From a virus, in IMG/VR virus record IMGVR_UViG_3300042865_000182, positions 32,001-96,000 of that record: a stretch of DNA of 64,000 nt; one strand, 5' to 3'. The notes beneath the pieces are model-generated. The model was given only the letters and a program-made list of their open reading frames with translations, had not been told where the DNA came from and ran no database searches. The position numbers were made by a program, and so were the translations under genes. This document shows, piece by piece, positions 9,411 through 19,829 of this stretch. How positions within the stretch are numbered: the first letter of the stretch is position 1; each line of letters starts with the position of its first letter.

Positions 9411-12400
9411 ATGGCAGAAGAAAAAGGAAATTTAAATACTAGTAAGACTAACACCTTTATAAAGGGTCTTCATAAAGATAGCGATCCTGCATTTATTCAG
9501 GAAGGAATGTGGACATATGCAAGAAATGCAGTTAATAACACTATTGAAGGTGATGTAGGAACAATATCTAATGAAGCATCAAATGCTCTGTGTGCAAAAG
9601 CAGGAGAAACAATACCGCCTACACATCCTTATAAATATATTATAGGTATGATTCATTTATTTACAGATAAATGGATTGTGTACACAGCATCTCATATTAA
9701 TGAAACATCTATTGCTCCTGGAGTATCTGAAATAGGTTTATATGAAGAACAGTCTTGTACATACAGACCAATAGTTCAAGATAAATGTTTGGGTTTTAGT
9801 AAATCTCATTTAATATCTGGAGCTGCTAGAGAAAAAGAAGATTGTACATGGCAAGTATATTGGGCTGATGGTTTTAATCCTGATAGATATCTGAATGTTG
9901 GTGATCCAAAAACTTGGCCAGGTCCAGATTATGTTTGGTTAGGTGGAGCAAATGTAAACTATTATTCTAACGGTACTGTTGTAGATTTTCTTTGGCCAGG
10001 TGTTCCTTGGGTTGAAAAAATTAAAAATATCGGTGCTTGTGAATTTACTAAATATGATAATATCTTAGATTGTGATAAAACTAGACTAGCAAGATTAATG
10101 AACACACCTTGTCTGAACTTAAGTCTTGGTGATGGATCTGGATCTTTAGAGAATGGTAGTTATTATGCAGTTATAGCATATACTATAAAAGGAGAAAAGA
10201 TATCAGACTATTTTGCAGCTAGTAATGTACAACCTGTTTATACAACTATTTCTGCACAAGGATCTTTACAATTAGCAGTTGAAGCTGATACAGAAAATTT
10301 TGATGAATTTCAACTTGTACTTGTTGCAAATATAAATGAAAATACTATAGCAAGAATTATTGGATACTATTCTACAAATACTAAAAACATATTTATAGAT
10401 CAGTATAAACCAAGTTTAGAGTCAATTGATATAACTCTTATACCTTTGCTAACTCCTGTTTTTGAGAAGTCAGATCAAATGACACAGCTCAATAGTTATC
10501 TTCTTAGAATTGGACCTACAACTAAATTTGATTTTAACTATCAACCATTAGCTAATTTAATTGAAGCTGAGTGGGTTTCAGTAGAATATCCGGCCGCATA
10601 TTATTTTAAAGGAGGCTCAAAGACTAATTACATGAGAGATGAGAATTATGCATTTTTCATAAGATGGGTGTATAACACAGGAGATAAGTCTGCTTCATAT
10701 CATATTCCAGGAAGAGCTCCTGAAAATTGGGGACCTGCACCAGGCATTCCTGAAAATGAACCTTATACTAATTCAGACAGTTTTCCAGGAGATGTTGATT
10801 TATTTCAAACTATAAATACTGCTTACCAAACTTCATTTGCTACAAGTATATTAGATGATGGTGGTAAAGTTATTGCATCAGGTAAAATGGGTTATTGGGA
10901 GTCTACGGAAAGATATCCAGATAATAGACCTAATATATGGAATTCAAGTTACTATGTATGGACAGGTAAATATAATAACCCTAGCACAAACTATGATCTT
11001 TGTGGTTTACCAATAAGACATCACAAGTTTCCTGAAAATGTATTATATAGTAACACTACAGGTCAATTAACAAATTCTACAGCCTCATATCATTTTATAA
11101 AAGATGTTGCAACAAATGCACTCTATATAAGGATGATGGCTGTTCAATTTAAAAATATTATATATCCAAAAGATAATGATGGTAATGATATTCCAGGAAT
11201 TGTTGGTTATGAAATTCTAAGAGGATCAAGAGATGGTAACAGAAGTATAATTGCCAAAGGGATGCTAAACAACTTTAGAACTTATAATAGAGTTGGTGTT
11301 CCCGGTAATACTAGAACAGGTCTTTATGCAAACTATCCTTATAATACCATTATTCCAATAGGTAATGATACAACTGGTCATGATCAATATTATAATGATC
11401 CATTTATAAAGTCTGTTGATACAAATAACAATGTATTAAATCAATCTGTACCCATTAACATAACAAGTTTTCATTCACCAGATACAAGCTTTAGAACACC
11501 TTACTTATCAGCAATAGAGTTAAAAATCTATGGTCACTTATCTGGGTTAGCCCTGCAAAGATTTATTGAACCACAAGGTCATCCTAAGTTTAAATTAATG
11601 ACTAATGATGCTTTATGGATTATTATTATAGCTGGTGTAATTGATGTATTACTTAGAACATCAGGTGAGAAAAAAATAAATTATCCACAAGGTAGTTTTA
11701 CTCAACAATTTCAATTACCTTTTGCAGGAGGTATATCCTCACCATTAGCTATTCCATTAAATGTAGTAGGTGCATCTGGAGCAGCTCTTGCAAATACTAC
11801 ATTCACAAGTTTATTTAATACATATGATGGTTTAGGTGGTTTTATTGTAGATGCTTTTGCTGGAGTAGATAATCTTGTTCCTTTGTTTAAAACACATGAT
11901 GCTTCAATGCTTTCTGCTGGTGGAACATATAATCCAATTAATTATGAAAAGTCTTTAACTGCATTTTCACAATTACCAACATGGACACAAGTATTATTAA
12001 ATGTTGTTGGTGGAGTTAGTCAAATTGCATTTTTCTTTTTAGAAGGAGCACTTGCAGCACAAGATTTATTATATGCAATTGGACCATATAGACAATATGC
12101 ATTACAACTTATAGGTCATGGTCTATATGATACATTTAATCCATTCACTATAACAGATACTAAAAGATTTAAAATTGCAGATGCATCATACATTTTTAAA
12201 AACATCTCATTTGAAATTGATGATTATAATGATACAATAACAGGTAATCCAACTCAAAAGTATACTATTAATAATTATAAAAGATCTCAGTTGTTAATGT
12301 TAAGAACTGAGAGAGCAAATATACCAACCACCGATGGTCCTAAGTTACTAGTTACAGGTGGTGTTGGTTTGGATCAATCACTTGGTAGCTTAGGTATGTT

Positions 12401-14804
12401 TGATGACTGGTTAGGTCCTGATGGTCCTAAGATCAATGAAAAGAAAAAAAGTATTGAATTTGAAACAGGTATTGCAAGTCATTATGGTGCTATGAAAATA
12501 GATAATGATGATCAATATGGCCAGTTAAAAACAATTACAGAATTTCCAATAACACCATGTGAGCAAAAGTTTGATTACAATAGTTTGCCTACTAATACAT
12601 TTACAGTACAAATATCATTAGTTCCACCAATCTATCAAAGTGTTACGCAAAAAGTTATAACTCAAACTCCAGTAATATTTGGAGGAGATACATATATAAC
12701 AAGATTTACAGAAAAGAATCCAATGTTCTTTTTCTATAATTGGTTATATACAGAACCAAATGGCTATGAGTATAACTACTTTAATAACCAAATGATTCCT
12801 GAACCTAGATTTTGGGCTAATAGTGAAAGGTATGATTTATCTCAATTACAAGTAACTAGTTTAGCTGCATGGGCTGCATTGTTTAATAACTCAACTACAG
12901 GTACTGGATTTTTACCAAATGATTATTTTAATTTAGATAATGAAAATTATGTAAGAAATAATGATACTATTCCTGCAGGTTATCCTGGATTTATATATGC
13001 AAAGAATTCATATTTCTATTTATCAGCATCTGGAGTAAGAGACTTTTTTGTAGAGTCTGATGTTATCAATGACTTTAGAGAAGTTGGTACATTTGATTAT
13101 GAAAAATGTTATAATCCATATAGATATACTGACTTAGAAACTATGTTCAGAATGGATAAGATAACTGCAACAGAGGGTAACTTTTATTTATATGACTATT
13201 CATTAAGTATTACAAGATTAACAAACAGATATACATCATTTGGATTTTTACAAAATGTATATTATGATCCTGAGGTTGCTGAGTTATGTTATACATATTA
13301 TCCTAATACAATTACTTATTCTTTACCAGTTTCACAAACATCTTCTACAGATAACTGGTTTATATTTTTACCACTAAATAGAAAAGATTTTGTTAGTCAA
13401 ATTAGTGGAGTTAAAAACTTTGCTAAAACTGGAGCTTTTGTTACATTTAAAAATGATAGTCCAATAGTATTTCAAGGTGTAGATACACTTGAAATGGATG
13501 GATCAGGAACTAAGGTTATAATTGGAGATGCTAGTTTATTTGCAAGAGAGCCTCAAAATCTTGTGGTAGCTGATAAACCATACATGTATGGATCTTCTCA
13601 AGGAAGGCTATCTGTTATATCTACACCTGCTGGACTTTATTATATATCTCAAGATCAGGGTAAAGTTTTTGCATATGGTGATGGACTTAAAGAAATTTCC
13701 CAAGCTGGTATGAAATGGTGGTTTGATTATTTCTTACCTAGTAAGCTTCTTGAAGATTTCCCTGATTATCCATATGCTGATAATCCTGTAGCTGGTGTAG
13801 GAACACAGGCTGTGTTTGATAATTATAATTCTGTACTTTACTTTTGTAAAAAAGATTATAAATTAAAAGAATTTGGTCCAGATGGAGAACCTCTTGCAGG
13901 TAGGGTAGTTAATGTTAATACAAGTAAAGATAGTTATTTTAATTACTATCCTTATGTAAACGGTGTTATATCAGCAACACCACTTAAAGTTTCACTTGGT
14001 GATTCTAGAATTTTTGAAGATGCTTCTTGGACAGTAAGTTATGATCCTAAATCTCAGTTCTGGATTTCATTCCATGACTGGCACCCGGATCTTGTTATGC
14101 CAACTAAAGATAGTTTTATAACTACTAAAAGAAATCAGTTTTACAAGCATGGTGCAAGTTGTAATGACTACTGTAATTTTTATGGAGTACAGTACCCATT
14201 TGAAATTGAATTTCCAATTACAACCGGACAAAGTGTTACAACAGTAAAAAGTATTGAATATGTACTTGAATGCTATAGAAGAGAACAAAGATATTGTACT
14301 GATCAATTTCATATATTAGATTATAACTTTGATAAATTAGTTATACACAATACAGAACAAATATCAGGGTATTTAAATCTTAATGTGTTCCCTAAGAATA
14401 ATATAGCATTGTCTTTATTATATCCACAGCTAAATGTTAATAATAGTTCATTTGATATCTTGTTCTCTAAAGAAGAAAACAAGTATAGAATAAATCAGTT
14501 CTGGGACATAACAAAAGACCGTGGAGAATTTCCTAATGGTTCAGGTTATCCACCACAAGGACCTCTTATTCCAGGTACTACAACTTTATTAGGAAACTAT
14601 CCTGAAAATATGTTGTGGATCACTGAAGCTAATGGTTATAAAAAAGCTATTAATCCTCAAGCTGTAGATTATAATAAATCTCTTCTACAAAGAAAAAAAT
14701 TCCGTCACATGGTTAACTTTATGTATCTTAGTAAAACTAATTCAAGAGACACTAATATGATACTCAAGTTATTCAATAGTAAAAATCAATATTCTTTAAG
14801 ATAA
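9411..14804 (+). CDS. Tail stabilisation/muzzle protein (P22 gp10-like, crAss Tstab)
   Basis: 1797 aa; N-terminal 'FIKGLHKD...EGMWTYARN', beta-rich, C-terminal 'WTVSYDP...WISFHDW'; directly upstream of cargo genes. Confidence 0.7.
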   Translation: MAEEKGNLNTSKTNTFIKGLHKDSDPAFIQEGMWTYARNAVNNTIEGDVGTISNEASNALCAKAGETIPPTHPYKYIIGMIHLFTDKWIVYTASHINETSIAPGVSEIGLYEEQSCTYRPIVQDKCLGFSKSHLISGAAREKEDCTWQVYWADGFNPDRYLNVGDPKTWPGPDYVWLGGANVNYYSNGTVVDFLWPGVPWVEKIKNIGACEFTKYDNILDCDKTRLARLMNTPCLNLSLGDGSGSLENGSYYAVIAYTIKGEKISDYFAASNVQPVYTTISAQGSLQLAVEADTENFDEFQLVLVANINENTIARIIGYYSTNTKNIFIDQYKPSLESIDITLIPLLTPVFEKSDQMTQLNSYLLRIGPTTKFDFNYQPLANLIEAEWVSVEYPAAYYFKGGSKTNYMRDENYAFFIRWVYNTGDKSASYHIPGRAPENWGPAPGIPENEPYTNSDSFPGDVDLFQTINTAYQTSFATSILDDGGKVIASGKMGYWESTERYPDNRPNIWNSSYYVWTGKYNNPSTNYDLCGLPIRHHKFPENVLYSNTTGQLTNSTASYHFIKDVATNALYIRMMAVQFKNIIYPKDNDGNDIPGIVGYEILRGSRDGNRSIIAKGMLNNFRTYNRVGVPGNTRTGLYANYPYNTIIPIGNDTTGHDQYYNDPFIKSVDTNNNVLNQSVPINITSFHSPDTSFRTPYLSAIELKIYGHLSGLALQRFIEPQGHPKFKLMTNDALWIIIIAGVIDVLLRTSGEKKINYPQGSFTQQFQLPFAGGISSPLAIPLNVVGASGAALANTTFTSLFNTYDGLGGFIVDAFAGVDNLVPLFKTHDASMLSAGGTYNPINYEKSLTAFSQLPTWTQVLLNVVGGVSQIAFFFLEGALAAQDLLYAIGPYRQYALQLIGHGLYDTFNPFTITDTKRFKIADASYIFKNISFEIDDYNDTITGNPTQKYTINNYKRSQLLMLRTERANIPTTDGPKLLVTGGVGLDQSLGSLGMFDDWLGPDGPKINEKKKSIEFETGIASHYGAMKIDNDDQYGQLKTITEFPITPCEQKFDYNSLPTNTFTVQISLVPPIYQSVTQKVITQTPVIFGGDTYITRFTEKNPMFFFYNWLYTEPNGYEYNYFNNQMIPEPRFWANSERYDLSQLQVTSLAAWAALFNNSTTGTGFLPNDYFNLDNENYVRNNDTIPAGYPGFIYAKNSYFYLSASGVRDFFVESDVINDFREVGTFDYEKCYNPYRYTDLETMFRMDKITATEGNFYLYDYSLSITRLTNRYTSFGFLQNVYYDPEVAELCYTYYPNTITYSLPVSQTSSTDNWFIFLPLNRKDFVSQISGVKNFAKTGAFVTFKNDSPIVFQGVDTLEMDGSGTKVIIGDASLFAREPQNLVVADKPYMYGSSQGRLSVISTPAGLYYISQDQGKVFAYGDGLKEISQAGMKWWFDYFLPSKLLEDFPDYPYADNPVAGVGTQAVFDNYNSVLYFCKKDYKLKEFGPDGEPLAGRVVNVNTSKDSYFNYYPYVNGVISATPLKVSLGDSRIFEDASWTVSYDPKSQFWISFHDWHPDLVMPTKDSFITTKRNQFYKHGASCNDYCNFYGVQYPFEIEFPITTGQSVTTVKSIEYVLECYRREQRYCTDQFHILDYNFDKLVIHNTEQISGYLNLNVFPKNNIALSLLYPQLNVNNSSFDILFSKEENKYRINQFWDITKDRGEFPNGSGYPPQGPLIPGTTTLLGNYPENMLWITEANGYKKAINPQAVDYNKSLLQRKKFRHMVNFMYLSKTNSRDTNMILKLFNSKNQYSLR

Positions 14805-16321
14805 TGACTAATTTTAAAAAAGGTGGTCCATTACAGAATAGTAATATATTTGCTACCAATAGATTATTTGTAAAAAATCCACTGTTTAAAAAAAGAAAAA
14901 AGAAAAGAGCCCCTGGAGTTTATAATCCAACAGCTAAGTTTAGATATGATGAAGGAGGACCTATATCATTTGATTATGATGATACACTGAGCACAGATAG
15001 AGGATTGGATATAGCCCAGAACATATCTAATAAGGATAAGTATATTATATCTGCTAGAGATACTGTTACACCCGAAATGATTGATAGAGCTTTGGCTGTT
15101 GGCATAAGCCCTGGTAAAATATTTGCTACCGGTTCAGATAAAGCTAAGATAGCTAAAGTAAAAGAACTAGGTGCTAAGCATGTTGATAATAAATCTAGTG
15201 TAGTTAAAGCACTTGGTAAACAAGGACAACAATTTAAAAAAGGTGGTATCCCCAAAGATATCTCTATACCACAGTTAAATCAGTTTGTAGAAGGAGGTGC
15301 ACCTGGTGACTTAGAAAAAATATTAAAAGACTTAGATGCAAAACTTGCTAATAATGAGATTACACAAAAACAATATGAGTATTTAAAAAACAAAGCAATT
15401 GACTATTATAATATCCAAAATAAATTAAATTTTGCAAAAAAACAATTAATAAGCAATGAAATATCTGGTGATAAATTTCAAGAAACATATGATGCATTAA
15501 AAAAAGACTATGGAGAAAAATACAATAAAGAGGGTATTACTTGTGGGGTAAATATGAAAAATTGTCCAAAAGATGAAGAACTTGAAAATTTATATCCTAC
15601 TATTACTCAACAAGTTGTAACTGAAACTCCTGTAGTTAGTAATGAAGTTCCTATTATTAATAATGAAATACCTGTAATTAGTAATGAAGTTTTAACAGAA
15701 CCAGAGACAGTTGAAACAGTAGAAGAAAAAATAAAAAGACCTGAATTAGAAGTACCAAGTATTGCTCCATACAATTTTCCAGGAGCAACACAACATACAA
15801 AAAAGAAAAAATATTTAGATTTTAGACTAAATCAAAGATATAATAAAACTTCACCAGTAGTAATTCAAGAAAAAATAGTAAGTAGAAAAGATGATCCTTT
15901 ATTAAGATTTATTAGTGGTTATGACAGAGAAAAAGGTACTCCTAAATTATATAAGTCACATAAAGATTGGAGTGAAAGATATCATGATGCTATAAGGCAA
16001 ATTCAGGAAGATCCTGAAAATGCAGAAAATGTAAGGTTTCCAGGATTTCGTGGTTCACCTCTTGCAAGTTGGAAAGACTATAAAGCAAGAAGAGAATATA
16101 AAAAAGATTGGAAAGATTATATTCAAAATGAAGTGCCTCAAATTATAGAAAGAAATAAACAAGCATTAGAAGATTACCAAAATCAATTGCAACAACAAAA
16201 AAATGGTGGATCAACAGATGATTATATAGAAGTAGATATACCAAAAGAACAAATACAATGGTACATAGACCAAGGATACAGAGTAGAGCCAGTAAGTAAA
16301 CTTAAAAAGTTTATTGGTTAA
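14804..16321 (+). CDS. Putative internal cargo protein with xxGG motifs and an embedded HAD-like domain
   Basis: 505 aa; FKKGG, YDEGG, FKKGG, FVEGG, QKNGG; 'ISFDYDDTL' DxDxT motif. Confidence 0.55.
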   Translation: MTNFKKGGPLQNSNIFATNRLFVKNPLFKKRKKKRAPGVYNPTAKFRYDEGGPISFDYDDTLSTDRGLDIAQNISNKDKYIISARDTVTPEMIDRALAVGISPGKIFATGSDKAKIAKVKELGAKHVDNKSSVVKALGKQGQQFKKGGIPKDISIPQLNQFVEGGAPGDLEKILKDLDAKLANNEITQKQYEYLKNKAIDYYNIQNKLNFAKKQLISNEISGDKFQETYDALKKDYGEKYNKEGITCGVNMKNCPKDEELENLYPTITQQVVTETPVVSNEVPIINNEIPVISNEVLTEPETVETVEEKIKRPELEVPSIAPYNFPGATQHTKKKKYLDFRLNQRYNKTSPVVIQEKIVSRKDDPLLRFISGYDREKGTPKLYKSHKDWSERYHDAIRQIQEDPENAENVRFPGFRGSPLASWKDYKARREYKKDWKDYIQNEVPQIIERNKQALEDYQNQLQQQKNGGSTDDYIEVDIPKEQIQWYIDQGYRVEPVSKLKKFIG

Positions 16322-16340
16322 TTTAAAATTTAGTATATTT
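16297..16340 (+). promoter_or_regulatory. Palindrome TAAAC-N7-GTTTA plus TAGTATATTT element
   Basis: 17/19 identical to 22470-22488, with identical spacing to a downstream TA-rich box. Confidence 0.5.
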
Positions 16341-16356
16341 AATTATAAGCAATAGC

Positions 16357-19300
16357 ATGAAAGTTAGAATATATAAAACACCGGACAGTAAAGGAAAGCT
16401 TGTAAAAGCCAAGAAAGGTATGTCTGTTAATATAAATGAGGAGATTAAAAGAAAGATTGCAGAAGGTAAAGAGCCTGAGATCATTATATATGAATTAGCA
16501 GAATTTGGTTTATCAAGACCAGAAGCACAAAGAAAAGTAAATAGATATTATGATCTTCTTGGGGATGATGAGTATGCTGAAGATGAAGTAGTTGCACCTT
16601 ATGATGATACAGTTGAAGATGAAGTAGTACAAACTCCAGAAGAAGATGAACCAGATAATGCTGCTATTTATGATTACTATGGTGGTGATAATCAAGGACT
16701 TGATGTAGTTAATGATGGTGCTGATGATGAAGATGAAGAAGATGATATGGCAAGATATGGTGGACAGTATGCAGAAGGTGGACAGTTTGCTCCAGGAAGT
16801 ATTATACCTGAACCAAAGAAACCATATTTTATAGGAATGGATGCTGAACCTTATGATAATGCTTATGCCTTTGGTGGAAACACATATGGTTTTGGTGGAC
16901 CTGGTGATGGTGATAAAAGACGTAGTTTTTATGATACAGCTGTAACTGACTACAAACAATGGTTAACCAATCCAGCAGCATGGCAAGAAGATCCTGAAAT
17001 GTTGGCTCCTGATGGAAAAACATTAAATCTATGTTTAGATTGTATGGACATGGATTGGAATAATGAGCAAGATATAAGAGATGCCCATAGATTAATTGAA
17101 GAAGGTTACTCAACTGGGACACATAGAAATCAAGAACTATTTGATGCAGGTCTAAAAAAATATGGTTTACAAACTCCTGTATGGTCATCTAAAAAACAAA
17201 TTAGTGAAAATAAATTTGGTGGTTTAACCAAAAACCAATATGTTAATAAAAGAATCAAAGAACTTAGAAAAGCTGCACAAGGTGATGAAGTTCAAAATAA
17301 TGAAACTAATATATCTCCAAGAGGCACAATAGATAGTCCTTCTGGATTCACTAGTCCAGAAAAAAACTTAGCTTCAATTATAAAGCAAACCGGTAATAAT
17401 GCTTTGTTAAAACAACAAGCTGAAAATGAATATCAACAATATCAAAATTCAACTATGGGTCAAGATTTTAATGGTAAGTTTCTATTTGGTGGTAGAAACA
17501 GAAAAATAAAAAGAGCTAACAGAGCAATGTTTGGAACACCAATAGCACTACCAGGTGTAGACGTTAATTATGAATTTGGACCATTAGGTGGTTTAAGAAA
17601 AGCTGAAGCTAAATGGGATTTAGATGCTATTGGAGATTTGGCTAAATTTTTACCAGGAGCTGTTGGTATGTTTCCAGGTATGATGGGTGGATTTAATCCA
17701 GCTATGATGCAATATAAAAAAGTAAGTTATCCTGCACAGATTAGAAAAAAAGTTATTTCTGAAATTAATAAAGAAGCTTTAAATGATGTAGCTAAACAAA
17801 ATCCTAATTCTGAAGCTGCTCAAAAAAGTAATAATCCTATACCAACTACAGTAGAATCTAGCACACAACTTAATCCAAAATCATATTTAAATTATGGTAC
17901 CGGTCCTGGATCTGGAATGGGTAGAATGCATTTGGATGATATGGATTTATATGAACAAGAACACGGTGGTTTTGTAAATACAGAAACAATGGATCCAAAT
18001 ATGCTTGCTAAGTTTATTTATGGTGGTGATGAATATGCTTATGGTGGTGATGTGATACCAAAAGCTGCACCGGGTATGATGGTTGGTAATACACAAAACC
18101 CATTAGCTTTACAGAATTATATTGCTAACCATTTAAAGTATCATAATTATGGACAGAGACAGAAACAAGCTGTTCAACAACCTAATACTACTCAGGGTGT
18201 AAATCCATTTATGCAATACATGCAAATGATGCAAGGTCAACAGGGTAATCCATATATGGGAAGTCAAATGATGTTTAATCCATATATGAATAATGCTTTT
18301 GGTAATCAACAATTTTGGACAGGTAGACCACAAAGATTAGGTTTTGGTCTTACTAGAGACTTTAATTACACTAATGCTTTTTCTCCTGTTAATTGGCAAG
18401 TACCTGAAGGGACAAAAAAAATTACAGAAAAAGTTTATAAAGATAGAGGTAAATGGTATAATCCTTTTGATACAAAAAGAATTAGAGAATGGTATGCAGA
18501 TGGAACAGAAGGTGAAGCGAATGACTTGATAAACAAACAAGGATCTGGTACTAATATTAAAACAGATACTACACCAAAACAATCACAAGCTTCTAAATAT
18601 GGATACAGTGATGAAGATTGGGCTAATTTAACATGGGATCAACAGACAGCTATAATGAATGCTGCAGATAGTTCTCCAGATAAAATGTCCACAAGAGCTG
18701 CTTCACAAATCCCTACTTCAGTGTCTGGATTAGCTCCTGAATCATTATCGGCAAGTGGTGTTAATCAATCTAAAAGTGCAACTGGAGTGGGTGCTAAATT
18801 ATCTGGATCTGGCATATCATCAATATATGAACCAGAAGTAACAACTCCTAATTCATATGTATCATCACCAGCTACACAACAAACAACTACTCAAGGTAGT
18901 GGTAGCATGTATCCGGCTGGTCAAAGATCTACTTCTGGTATTTCATCTGTTTATGAACCAGAAGAAACTGTACCTAATTCATACACAGGCTCTTCACAAA
19001 CTTCAAGCCGTCCTCAACAATATAACACATTATATCCGGCAGGTACAAGGTCAACTACTGGAATTGATTCAACATATGAAGTTGATGCTAATGTTTCTAA
19101 TGCAAATACAGTATCTAAACCAGTTGCACCAGCAGCATCTGTTATTGCAAAACCAATGACAGATCCTAAGTATATACCAACAGCTGAAGATTTTCAATAT
19201 GATTCAGAAGGAATACCTGCACCTAATACTAATGTTAATAGTAATCAGAACTATGATGAAAATTTCTTAGAAGAATTACCAATGGCATACGGTGGTTATA

Positions 19301-19824
19301 TGGCTTATGGAGGTTATATACCTGAGTATATGGCTTATGGTGGATATATGCCAATGGCTAAATCAGGAATCACTGCAGGTAAACCAGAATTTGAAGACCC
19401 TAATCTTATTGGTAGAGTAGTAGAACAATCTGCATATACATTTAAACCTGGACAAATGGCAACAGACTTATTTAGCAGTCCATCTAGTTTAACAGGTTTA
19501 ACTACTAATATATTAAATGCTAGAGATCAAGCTAAAAAAATGGATCAAGCTGCTCAAAGAAATAGAACATTTGATGCTGCAACTGCTAACACAGGTCAAT
19601 CAGGATTTGGTTCTGCTGAAAGAAAAGGATCAGACTTAATGGCAAGCGGTACTTATACTCAATATGGAACTACACCTGGACAACAAGGCTATGAAGGTGG
19701 TCTATATGGTAAAAAAGGTGGCTCTATGAATACACAATATGCTAAAGGTAAAGTTTACAGTTTAACCATGGAACAAATAAAAGCTATTGAAGCTGCCGGA
19801 GGTAAAATAGAATATATAAAATAA
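16357..19824 (+). CDS. Putative internal cargo protein, low complexity, many xxGG motifs
   Basis: 1155 aa; acidic, Q/M-rich and S/T-rich tracts; ARYGG, AEGG, AFGG, KFGG, EHGG, IYGG, 3x MAYGG, KKGG. Confidence 0.6.
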   Translation: MKVRIYKTPDSKGKLVKAKKGMSVNINEEIKRKIAEGKEPEIIIYELAEFGLSRPEAQRKVNRYYDLLGDDEYAEDEVVAPYDDTVEDEVVQTPEEDEPDNAAIYDYYGGDNQGLDVVNDGADDEDEEDDMARYGGQYAEGGQFAPGSIIPEPKKPYFIGMDAEPYDNAYAFGGNTYGFGGPGDGDKRRSFYDTAVTDYKQWLTNPAAWQEDPEMLAPDGKTLNLCLDCMDMDWNNEQDIRDAHRLIEEGYSTGTHRNQELFDAGLKKYGLQTPVWSSKKQISENKFGGLTKNQYVNKRIKELRKAAQGDEVQNNETNISPRGTIDSPSGFTSPEKNLASIIKQTGNNALLKQQAENEYQQYQNSTMGQDFNGKFLFGGRNRKIKRANRAMFGTPIALPGVDVNYEFGPLGGLRKAEAKWDLDAIGDLAKFLPGAVGMFPGMMGGFNPAMMQYKKVSYPAQIRKKVISEINKEALNDVAKQNPNSEAAQKSNNPIPTTVESSTQLNPKSYLNYGTGPGSGMGRMHLDDMDLYEQEHGGFVNTETMDPNMLAKFIYGGDEYAYGGDVIPKAAPGMMVGNTQNPLALQNYIANHLKYHNYGQRQKQAVQQPNTTQGVNPFMQYMQMMQGQQGNPYMGSQMMFNPYMNNAFGNQQFWTGRPQRLGFGLTRDFNYTNAFSPVNWQVPEGTKKITEKVYKDRGKWYNPFDTKRIREWYADGTEGEANDLINKQGSGTNIKTDTTPKQSQASKYGYSDEDWANLTWDQQTAIMNAADSSPDKMSTRAASQIPTSVSGLAPESLSASGVNQSKSATGVGAKLSGSGISSIYEPEVTTPNSYVSSPATQQTTTQGSGSMYPAGQRSTSGISSVYEPEETVPNSYTGSSQTSSRPQQYNTLYPAGTRSTTGIDSTYEVDANVSNANTVSKPVAPAASVIAKPMTDPKYIPTAEDFQYDSEGIPAPNTNVNSNQNYDENFLEELPMAYGGYMAYGGYIPEYMAYGGYMPMAKSGITAGKPEFEDPNLIGRVVEQSAYTFKPGQMATDLFSSPSSLTGLTTNILNARDQAKKMDQAAQRNRTFDAATANTGQSGFGSAERKGSDLMASGTYTQYGTTPGQQGYEGGLYGKKGGSMNTQYAKGKVYSLTMEQIKAIEAAGGKIEYIK
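18800..19080 (+). repeat. Three imperfect intragenic repeats (YPAGxRSTxGIxSxYEP)
   Basis: SGISSIYEPEVTTPNSY / YPAGQRSTSGISSVYEPEETVPNSY / YPAGTRSTTGIDSTYE. Confidence 0.75.
19282..19350 (+). repeat. Tandem MAYGGY repeats (3 copies)
   Basis: atggcatacggtggttat / atggcttatggaggttat / atggcttatggtggatat. Confidence 0.85.
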
Positions 19825-19829
19825 TCAAC

